Shown piece by piece: positions 9,356 to 17,889 of a DNA stretch of 64,000 nt (positions are counted from its first letter, which is position 1; each line of letters begins with the position of its first letter). A model generated the notes under the pieces. That model worked only from the letters and a program-made list of their open reading frames with translations. It searched no databases and had not been told where the DNA came from. Source of the DNA: Planctomycetota bacterium (lineage in GTDB: Bacteria; Planctomycetota; B15-G4; SIAN01); contig JANNXA010000051.1 of NCBI GenBank assembly GCA_031409275.1, positions 96,001 through 160,000 of the forward strand, written 5' to 3'. A program made the position numbers and the translations under genes.

Positions 9356-10149
9356 CAGGCGGAGCCGCAGGAGGAGTGGACGGCGGCGGCGGCGGCTCGT
9401 CGGCCAGCAGGACCTCGAGCATGCGGGCGGGGTTGCGCAGGAAGTCGCGGGTCAGCACGCAATGCGCCGACTCCTCCCACGCGACCGCGCGCATGCCGTT
9501 TGGGTCGAGCTCGACGATCTTGGCGTCGGGGTAGGCCGCCGGGATGGAAGCGCTCGAGCGCGATCCAGAGGAAGAACTCGCCGTGCGACTTCTCGTGGAG
9601 CGGTTCCCATTCGTACTCGTACGCCTCGCGCTCGGCTTCGGTCGCGATGTTGAACAGCGACTCGGCGCGCAGGAAGAAGCCGCCGTTCTCGCGCCGCGGC
9701 CCGCGAGCGAGTCGCAACGCCTCATGCAACGACGACTCGCTCGGCCGCGTCGCCGAACGGAAGTTCTTGGTCCCGCCCTCCGCGTTGAAGACCGCGTTGA
9801 TGGCGATCGCCTCGATCAGCGTCGACTTGCCCGATCCGTTTTCGCCGACGAGGAACGTGACCGCGGGACGGAACTCCAGCCGCTCGAGCCGTGCGATCGC
9901 GGGGATCGAGTAGTGTCCTAGAACAGAAGTTCGCGAACACGGACCGAGGCGATGTTTGGGTCAGGCGAGGAGTGCCGACGAATCAACTTCCCTGGCAGTT
10001 GGTGAGGAGGCGAGACGAAGCATGGCGCGAAGAGCGCCCGGTTTCGTGGAAGCGAACCTCTGTTCCAGGACACTAGGGATCGCCGTTCCAATCGCCGACC
10101 TTGTCGCGCAGCGCTCGATGTGGCGCAGGATGCCCGCGATGGCGCTCAC
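9306..10149 (-). pseudogene. COG3910-type predicted ATPase pseudogene
   Basis: Reconstructed DKVGDWNGDP|YSIPAIARL...VTFLVGENGSGKSTLIEAIA...FFLRAES...SHGEFF...RFHPGG / AYPDAKI...LTRDFL. Broken by a frameshift near 10113, a MITE at 9913-10073 and a deletion of the Walker B region near 9535. Confidence 0.85.
9913..10073. mobile_element. MITE (non-autonomous IS derivative), 161 bp, 22-bp terminal inverted repeats, TA target duplication
   Basis: Left end GTGTCCTAGAACAGAAGTTCGC; right end reverse complement GTGTCCTGGAACAGAGGTTCGC (20/22). TA at 9911-9912 and 10074-10075. Removing it restores CCC TAC TCG (P-Y-S) in the ATPase. Confidence 0.88.
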
Positions 10150-10230
10150 CGCTCCCGCGCGCCGCGACGCCGCCGCGCGCCGCGCGCCGCGATGCCGCGA
10201 CCGCGACGAGCGCAACGCCTCACGGCGTGA

Positions 10231-12789
10231 TCATTTCCCCTCGAGCCAATCGGCGAAGAGCTGCGGGTCGTCCTTGAACTTCTGGTCGAACGAGGTGTGT
10301 CGGATCAGCTTGCGCGTCTTCGGGTCGATCGCGATGTAGTACGACTGCGCGTGGTAGCCGATGTAGCCGCGCTCGATCTCGATCCACTTCTCTCCCAGCG
10401 TGTCGTGGTCGGTGTGGAGACGCGCTTCGATGAACCCTGCCTTGAAAGCCCGGCGCACGGCCGGGTGCGGGAAGATCTCCTCTTCCATGACGCGGCAGTT
10501 GATTCAGGTAAAGCCGGTGAAGTTCAACAGCACCAGCTTCCCCTCCTTCTGCGCGCGAAGGCACGCGGCATCGAGGTCGTCGACGATCGTCACGTGGGCG
10601 GCATCCACTGCCGATTCGCCCCCGCCGCCGCCGCTGCGCGTCGAATAGGGCGGCGCCATCACCGTCATCACCCAGTCGAGCTTGCTGCCGAGCGCGCCGT
10701 TCAAGTTGTAGAGGCCAAACAGCATGAAGGCGACGCCGGCCACCATGCGACCGGAGCCGACCGACGCGTGCAGCCGAACCGGCACTCCCGGCTCGAGGAC
10801 GACAGGCTCGCTGTCCTCATGCAGCCGGATCACGCCCCAGAGATAGAGCGCCGCGGCCAAGAAGATGCCGGCCCACCAGAGATAGAAGAGCTCGCGCGAG
10901 ATGACGCCCCACTGCAACACGAGGTCGGCGTTCGAGAAGAACTTGAGCGCCGCCGCCAGCTCGATGAATCCGAGGCAGACCTTGAGCGTGTGCATCCACT
11001 CGCCGCTCTTGGGCAGCGTCTTCGCCTTGGCGGGCAGCAGCGACAGGAAGACGAACGGGATCGCCATCGTCAGCCCGAAGACGGTCATGCCCAGCACGAC
11101 GCGCAGCATGCTCGACGCGCCCGCCGCCAGCAGCGAGCCGACGAACGGAGCGGTGCAGGTGAACGAGGTGATCACCAGCGTCGCGCCCATCAGGAAGACG
11201 CCGACGTAGCCGCCCTTGCGCGTCGCCTTGCCGGCCGCCTGCAGCAGGAACTGCGGCGGCTGCAGCAGGAGCAGCCCGAAGAGCGAGAGCGAGAAGACGA
11301 CGAAGAAGGTGCCGATGATCAGGTTCGTCACCCAGTGGGTCGCGAACGGGATGATGATCGGACCGACGAGCGCCCCGATCACCACGTAGATGATCACGAT
11401 GCCGGCACCGTAGGTCAGCGAGAGCGGCAGGATCGAGGTCTGCCGCGCCGTCGCCTGCTTGGTGAAGTAGCTGATCGTGATCGGGATCATCGGGTAGGTG
11501 CACGGCATCAGCAGGCTGAAGAGCCCCCACCCGAATGCGGTGAGCAGGAAGACTCCGAGCGGCAGCTCTTCGAGTTTGGCCGCGGCCTTGTTGACCGGCG
11601 CGGCGGAGGCCGTCTCGTCGGGCGCCTCGTTGCCGTTCGCCGCGCCGCTCGCCGCGCCGCTCACCGCACCGTCCTGCGCCAGCGCCGCGCCGACCACGAG
11701 ATCGGCCGGGAATGCGGCGAAGAGCGCATCGAGGCCGGTGCCCGCGTTCTTCACGCGCTGGGCGTACGGCACGCAGCCGCTCGAGTTGCATGTGTCGCCA
11801 TCGAGGCTCAGCGTCAGTGCCGAGAGGTCCGCGCCCGCTGCTGCCGTCCCGCGCAGGTAGACGACAAAGGTCCCCTCGTGGACCCAGAGCCACGTCTTGG
11901 TGGCGCCGAACTCCTGCGGCTCCCTCTTCGGCTCCGGGAAACGCGCGGCACTCCACTCGACGGCCGCCCCCTCGAACGCGAGCGTGGTCGGCTTGCCGAT
12001 CGCGTCCGGGCCGCCGAGGTCCGCGTCCGTCGGCCCGTGACCGATGTGGTAGCCCGGATCGACGGAGATCTGCACCGCCGCCGTGACGTCGGCCCCATCC
12101 GCGCGGACGAAGAACTGCGCGTGCGCACGCAGATCGTCGAAGGCGCCAAACGACGGGACGGAGAACTCGCGGGCCGGCTCGACTTTCGGTTCGGGCGCGC
12201 CCGGCGCCAGCAGATCGGCGGGGAACTTCTCGAAGAGCTTGTCGCGGCCCGCGCCGCCGCTCGTCACCTTCTGCTTGTAGGGCACGCAGCCGGCCGCATT
12301 GCAGGTCTGACCGCGGATGGTGAGTTCGATCGTCGCGGGGTCGGCGGCCGCGTCGGTCCTGCGTCCGCGCACCCACACGACCGGCGAGCCGTAGTGGACG
12401 TTCAACCAGGTCTTGATCGCTCCGAACTCCTGCTCCTCGCGCTCAGGATCGGGGAAGCGCGGGACGCTCCACTCGAAGCCGGCGCCGGCGAAGGCCAGCG
12501 TCGTGGGCATGCCGGCGGCATCGGGTCCGCCGACGTCGGCGGCGGTGGGACCGTGACCGATGTGGTAACCCGGCTCGAGCACGATCTCGACGGCGACCTT
12601 CACGTCGTCGCCGTCGACGCGCAACCACAGCTTGGTGTCGGCGCGATTCTGAGCGAACGCCGCCGTCGACAGCAGCGCCAGGACGACGCAGCGCAGGCTC
12701 ACCTGCAGGAAGCGTGCGAGTCGAGAGCGTCCACTGCGGCGCCGCGCGCCGCGCTCCGTCTCGATCGGTAGGGACGACGTGACCACCAT
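10231..12789 (-). CDS. dsbD: DsbD-type thiol:disulfide interchange protein with in-frame UGA (candidate selenocysteine, UxxC)
   Basis: Two N-terminal domains each ending in C-x4-C; TM domain with LLMPCTYPMIP and SFTCTAPFVG; thioredoxin domain LLNFTGFT-TGA(10504-10506)-INCRVMEEEIF continuing in frame to 10231. Start position approximate. Confidence 0.85.
10460..10496 (-). promoter_or_regulatory. Putative bacterial SECIS hairpin
   Basis: mRNA +18..+34 after the UGA: GGAAGA-GGAGA-UCUUCC (6-bp stem, loop starting GG), extendable by GCG/CGC and GCC/GGC with bulges. Confidence 0.55.
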
Positions 12790-12934
12790 CGGCTGAAGTG
12801 CTCCTCGACGCATCGCGCGACCTCGCGCCTCGTTGCGCCCGCTTCGTCTACGAACCGCGCCGTCATTGGTGCCGCTCGGAGAAGCGCGGGAGGTTAACCG
12901 ACCGCGTGCGCGCTGGCGTGCGCCCGGGGTGGGC

Positions 12935-14077
12935 TCAGCTGGCGAGGAGCTCGTCGTAGAGCGCGCCGTAGCTTCGGACCATGGCTGCGAGGTCGAACTC
13001 GGCCTGCGCCTTTTTGCGGTTCGCCGCGCCGATCGCCGCACTCGCCGCCGGATCATCGAGCAGCGCCGCAAGCGCGGCGGCGAACGTGGCCGGCTCCCGG
13101 GAGGCGACCACGCTGCGCTGCCCCTCCGGCGCGACCATCGTTGCGACATCGCCCACCGCGGTCGCAACGGCCGGAAGTCCGCACCCCATCGCCTCGATCA
13201 GCGAGATCGGCATCTGCTCGGTGTGCGAGGTGAGGGCGAAGAGGTCCATCGCGTGGTAGGCGTCGCGCGGATCGGGGAGGTTGCCGGCGAAATGGACTCG
13301 CGCCGCGATGCCGCGTGATTCGGCCAGCGCGCGCAGGCGCCCCTCTTCCGGCCCGTCGCCGACGATGAGCAGTTGCGCGGTGCGCAGCGCGCCGCTCGTC
13401 GCCGCGCGCGCCGTCGCCACGGCGTCGATCAGCAGCTCGAGCGCCTTCTCCGGTCGCAGCCGCGCCACGGTCCCGATCACCGGCACCGCCTCGGCAAGTC
13501 CGAGCGCGGCCCGCGCCGCACGCTTCGCGGCGACGTCTCGCACCGGCGCGAAGTGGTTCAGGTCGATGCCGTTGCGGATGTAGACGCGTTGCGCCGCCGG
13601 CACGTGCCAGGTGTGCTGGGCATGGCGCAACAGGAGCTGCGAAGGGACGACGACGCGCGACACGAGCGGCAGCACGAGTCGGCGGAAGCGGACGCGGCGC
13701 GGCAGCTGGCCGCTCGCCTCATCGGGCCCGAATCCATCCTCGGCGTGCAGCAAGCGGCGATAGCCGAAGAGGCGCGCGCCCGGAATCGCCTCGATCGCGC
13801 CCCAGTTGTAGGTCACCACGAGATCGGGTTGAAGGCGCGAAATCAGCCGCCCGAGTCGCCAGGAGTAAGCACCGAGCACTCCCTTCTTCGGCGGATCGGC
13901 GTAGGCGACGCGCGAATGGCCGGCGAGGCGCGCGGCACAGGCGAAGTTGCCATCGAGCCCGACGATCGTGTGGCGGTAGCGATCGGGCAGCGCGTGGATC
14001 AGCGTCGCCGTGCGCACTTGCGGCCCGCCGGCCGCGAACGTGCTGAAGAGGTGGAGCAGGTGGCGCTCGCCCGCCAT
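12935..14077 (-). CDS. Glycosyltransferase family 4 (GT-B)
   Basis: GGPQ N-terminal motif; IGTVARLRPEK, IVGDGP, EQMPISLIEAMGCGLPAVATAVG. Confidence 0.92.
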   Translation of the reverse strand: MAGERHLLHLFSTFAAGGPQVRTATLIHALPDRYRHTIVGLDGNFACAARLAGHSRVAYADPPKKGVLGAYSWRLGRLISRLQPDLVVTYNWGAIEAIPGARLFGYRRLLHAEDGFGPDEASGQLPRRVRFRRLVLPLVSRVVVPSQLLLRHAQHTWHVPAAQRVYIRNGIDLNHFAPVRDVAAKRAARAALGLAEAVPVIGTVARLRPEKALELLIDAVATARAATSGALRTAQLLIVGDGPEEGRLRALAESRGIAARVHFAGNLPDPRDAYHAMDLFALTSHTEQMPISLIEAMGCGLPAVATAVGDVATMVAPEGQRSVVASREPATFAAALAALLDDPAASAAIGAANRKKAQAEFDLAAMVRSYGALYDELLAS

Positions 14078-14081
14078 CGAA

Positions 14082-16271
14082 TCAGTGCCGCGCGGTCGCG
14101 CGCACGGCCGTCGCGCGCGGCGGAGGCAGCGTCGCAGCGAGGAATGCTGCACGATCGGCGATCGGTTGCCAGCCGAGCTCGCGCTTGGGTGCGGTGTTGT
14201 CGAACGGCCGCGCCGCGGAGCGCGTCGCCAGATCGCGGAAGCTCGGCGCTTCTGCGCCCGGCTTGCGGATCGCAAGCTTCACCGCGTACTTGAAGAGCTC
14301 TTCGAGGTACCAGCGCGTGATCGACTCGGGGTGGAACTGGAAGTCGCGATGGAGGCGATTGCGCAGCAGCTCGACCCATTCGCGCGCGGTGAGGCGCACG
14401 TCGCCGACGAGGTTGTAGGAACGGTTGGCAGCGGCCGGCAGCAGCGCCATTCGAGCGAGGCCGTCCGCCACATCCTCGACGGTCACGAAAGGCAGCGCCT
14501 TGTTGCCGCCGCCCCAGCCGAAGACCTGGCTGTCCTTCGCCCAGAAGCCGACGCCGGAGTGCTGCGGCGCTCCGCGCGACCCGACCACGAGGCCCGGACG
14601 CGCCAGCACGAGTTCGAGCTTCGGTTCGAGCTTCTGTTCCACGGCGAGGGCGCGCAGCAGCGCTTCGGTGGCGATCTTGCCGCGCGCGTAGAGGCTGCGT
14701 CTGGCCGGATCAGGGTCGAGCGGCGCATCCTCCGTCACCGGCGCCGCACTCGCGTCGCCAAGGTCGTAGACGGCGATCGAGCTGGTGTAGACCAGCCGCT
14801 TCGCCCCGCTCGCGGCGCACGCATTCGCGACGGTGCGCGCGCCGCCGAGCATCGTGCGCTCGAAGTCGGCCCACGTGTCGCCGCCGCCGGTCGCCAGGTG
14901 GACCACCGCGGCGCAGCCCGAGAACGCACGCTCGAGTGCCGCCGGATCGGAGAGCTCGCCGGAGAAGAGCGTGACGCCGTCGCGACGCAGCGCGTCAGGG
15001 ACGAACGCCGGCTTGCGCACCAGGGCGTGAACGCGCTGGCCGGCACGCAGCAGCCGCTCGACGAGATGGGTGCCAAGGAAGCCGTTGGCCCCCGTCACCG
15101 CCACCGCGACGTCGCCGCTCGAGGCGGCCGCATCGAGGCGCGCGGCCGGCGTCGCGGCGACCGCGGCAGGAGCCGCCGAAGTCGCAACGCTCGCCTCCGC
15201 ATCCGGCACCGCAGCGGCGGCGAGATCGCAGCACTCGACCACCTGCAGTCCTTGCTGCGCATCGCACGGATACGCGAGCCCGCCACGCAGGCTCGCGTGG
15301 AACGCGGCCAGCGAATCGCGCATGCCGACGAAGAAGAGGTCGCTGCGGCCGCGCAGCTTCAACGTCGAGCCCATGTAGTCGAGCGCGCCACGTCCACCGG
15401 CGCGCAACAGCGCCAGCGCATTCGACTGCGCGTTCTTCCATTGATCCCAGAAGTCGGGCCAGGGCGTCTTGCGCGTCTGCGTCACGTGGCCGCGCAGCAG
15501 ATCGACGTGCAGCGATCCGTCCTGGCCGAGCAGCCGCACGAAGCTCTCGGCGAAGTCGCGGCCGAAGGAGAGATGCAGCGACGCGGTGCCGCGCTCGTGG
15601 GTGAGCGCCAGCTGCCAGGTGTCATAGAAGACGACGCCCGGCGCGAGCTCGCGGCGGCCGCCGGGAACCGACGTCACCGAACGGACCGGTCCCAGCAGAT
15701 CGACGAGTTGCGAGAAAGGGTGGGTCGCCTGCTCGAAGATGATGTTGCGCGGCGTGCGGAACATGAAGTGGGCGAAGTCGCGGGTGTTCAGCTGCCGCAG
15801 CGGCACCGACAGGCAGGCGAAGACGTGGTCGAGCTCGCCGAGTTCGCCACGCGCCAGCGTCGCCTTCGCGGCCCGGAACGACGGATGGAAGGTCGCGTTG
15901 TGGTTCACCGCCAGCGGCAGACCGCGCGCCGCGGCCAGCAGCAGCAGCCGCTGCGCATCACCGCGGTTCGTCGCGAGCGGCTTCTCGAGGAAGACGCCGA
16001 CACCCGCTTCCAGCAGCTCGGTCGCGACGTCGACATGGCGCTGCGGCGGGACCAGCGCGTGGGCGACGTCGGGCTTGCCGGCCGCCACCATCTCGGCGAT
16101 CGAAGCGTGCACGCGAACGACGCCGTGCTTGCGCGCCAGCGCCTCGGCGCGCGCGCGGTCGACGTCGACCAGCGCGATCACCTCGACGCCCGGCAACCCC
16201 TTCAGCACCTGCAGGTGGTAGTCGGCGATGAAGCCGGCCCCCACCACCGCCACCTTGCTCTTCGCGTTCAC
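14082..16271 (-). CDS. Gfo/Idh/MocA oxidoreductase fused to NAD-dependent epimerase/dehydratase
   Basis: N-terminal VAVVGAGFIA...FLEKPLA; C-terminal VAVTGANGFLG...YTSSIAVY...YARGK. GTG start overlaps the amidohydrolase stop. Confidence 0.88.
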   Translation of the reverse strand: MNAKSKVAVVGAGFIADYHLQVLKGLPGVEVIALVDVDRARAEALARKHGVVRVHASIAEMVAAGKPDVAHALVPPQRHVDVATELLEAGVGVFLEKPLATNRGDAQRLLLLAAARGLPLAVNHNATFHPSFRAAKATLARGELGELDHVFACLSVPLRQLNTRDFAHFMFRTPRNIIFEQATHPFSQLVDLLGPVRSVTSVPGGRRELAPGVVFYDTWQLALTHERGTASLHLSFGRDFAESFVRLLGQDGSLHVDLLRGHVTQTRKTPWPDFWDQWKNAQSNALALLRAGGRGALDYMGSTLKLRGRSDLFFVGMRDSLAAFHASLRGGLAYPCDAQQGLQVVECCDLAAAAVPDAEASVATSAAPAAVAATPAARLDAAASSGDVAVAVTGANGFLGTHLVERLLRAGQRVHALVRKPAFVPDALRRDGVTLFSGELSDPAALERAFSGCAAVVHLATGGGDTWADFERTMLGGARTVANACAASGAKRLVYTSSIAVYDLGDASAAPVTEDAPLDPDPARRSLYARGKIATEALLRALAVEQKLEPKLELVLARPGLVVGSRGAPQHSGVGFWAKDSQVFGWGGGNKALPFVTVEDVADGLARMALLPAAANRSYNLVGDVRLTAREWVELLRNRLHRDFQFHPESITRWYLEELFKYAVKLAIRKPGAEAPSFRDLATRSAARPFDNTAPKRELGWQPIADRAAFLAATLPPPRATAVRATARH

Positions 16272-17788
16272 GATCCCCCCGCGCAGCAACTGCCTGCCGC
16301 CCCGCCTGTGGCCGCCGCCGGCTTCGGCGCGCGGCGCGCCTCGGTGACGATCGCCCGCACCCGCTCCATCAACGTCGGCCCGTGGTACGGGATGCCGTCC
16401 TTGATCGTCCATTCGACGCCGCCGGCGTGAACCGGGCGGCCCGCCACGTTCACGTCCGCACCGGTCGGATAGAGCAGCCGCAAGTTGTCGAGCGGATTGC
16501 CGTTCACCAGCACGAGGTCGGCGAGGTGGCCGGCGCGCACGCGGCCGAGCTGCCGCTCGACGCCGACGACCCGCGCCCCGTTCAGGGTCGCCTGGCTGAT
16601 CACCTCGAGCGGCTGGAAGCCCGCCTCCTCGTGGAGCTCGAGCTCGCGCAGGTAGCCGAAGCCGTACATCTCGTAGATGAAGCCGGCGTCCTCGCCGCAG
16701 GTCACCGTGCCGCCGAGGTCGGCGAAGCGCTTCACCGCCGCCATCCAGATGCGGTAGTTCTCGCGCCAATACGCCTCGTCGGTGCTGCTCCAACCGATGA
16801 AATAGCTGCCATGCGATTCGAGGTTGGGCTCGAAGAACTTGGCGAGCCCGGGATGGAGCAGGTCGCGGAACCACGGCTGGTTCTGCGCGCGGGTCAAGTC
16901 GCGCGACGCCTCGTAGATCGCCAAGGTCGGATCCCAGGCGAGCTTCGCGGTGACCATCGCGCGCAGCACTTCGTCGAGTTTCGCCGCGTCGGTCTCGCGC
17001 CACAGACGGCCGGCGTAGCGGAAGCGGTCGACCTCGTCGCTGTAGGAGAAGTCGGCAGGGAAGCGCTGCAGCCCGTTCAGCGCGGCGTCGGGGATGCCGT
17101 ACCAATGCTCGATCGACGTCATGCCGAGCCGACAGCAGTCGAGCACGTTCGTCTCTTCGACGCCCATGTGGATCGTGGTCGGGAGCCCGAGTGACTTCGC
17201 CTCGTCCACCACCGCGTTCAGCGCGTCGCGGTCCATACTGAAGAGCTTGAGTCCGTCGGCGCCGCGGTTCTTCAACTCGCGGACCTGCGCCCGCAGCTCG
17301 TCGGGATTGCCGTTGTTCAGGAACGGGTAGATCCAGAAGCGCGGCGCGGCGAGGGTGCCCTCCTTGCTCTGCTGGCGCAGCACGAGGCTGCGCTCGAACT
17401 CGCTGCCGACATCGCGGACCGATGTGATGCCGCAGGCGAGCCAGAGGTTGAACTGGTACTCGTTCTCGATCGCCAGGCCGCCGCGCTCCTCCTGGATGTG
17501 GCCATGCAGGTTGAAGAAGCCCGGCAGCAGGAACTTGCCCTTCCCGTCGATCACCGTCGCGAAGGAGGTGTCGGCCTTCGCGCGTTCGACCGCCTCGATC
17601 CGATTGCCGCGTACCAGCACATCGGTCGGCCCGGTCGGCGGCGTCCCGTTGCCTTTGATCACCATCACGTCACGGATCAGCAGCGACTCCGCGCGCACGC
17701 CGTGGGTCGGCGGCGGAGCGTCGGCGGCGGAAGGTGCCGCGAAGATCGGCACCACGACGAGCGTGCAGAACAGGAGCGCCGGCGACAT
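16268..17788 (-). CDS. Secreted amidohydrolase family protein
   Basis: Signal-like N-terminus; IDGKGKFLLPGFFNLHGH, GITSVRDVG, SIEH, ATLNGA...GHLADLVLVNGNPL. Confidence 0.88.
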   Translation of the reverse strand: MSPALLFCTLVVVPIFAAPSAADAPPPTHGVRAESLLIRDVMVIKGNGTPPTGPTDVLVRGNRIEAVERAKADTSFATVIDGKGKFLLPGFFNLHGHIQEERGGLAIENEYQFNLWLACGITSVRDVGSEFERSLVLRQQSKEGTLAAPRFWIYPFLNNGNPDELRAQVRELKNRGADGLKLFSMDRDALNAVVDEAKSLGLPTTIHMGVEETNVLDCCRLGMTSIEHWYGIPDAALNGLQRFPADFSYSDEVDRFRYAGRLWRETDAAKLDEVLRAMVTAKLAWDPTLAIYEASRDLTRAQNQPWFRDLLHPGLAKFFEPNLESHGSYFIGWSSTDEAYWRENYRIWMAAVKRFADLGGTVTCGEDAGFIYEMYGFGYLRELELHEEAGFQPLEVISQATLNGARVVGVERQLGRVRAGHLADLVLVNGNPLDNLRLLYPTGADVNVAGRPVHAGGVEWTIKDGIPYHGPTLMERVRAIVTEARRAPKPAAATGGAAGSCCAGGS

Positions 17789-17889
17789 CTCGATCCCCTC
17801 GAAGGACGCGCCGTGGAACCGCCGGCGCAGGAGGCGCGCGATTGTAGGCACGCCTTCGGCCGCGGCGGCGCTCGCCCGCACCGCCTTCG

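Noticed and set aside
10231..10488. Independent 85-aa gene
   Set aside because: In frame with dsbD across one TGA, begins just after the CxxC position and has no clear SD; better read as the dsbD C-terminus.
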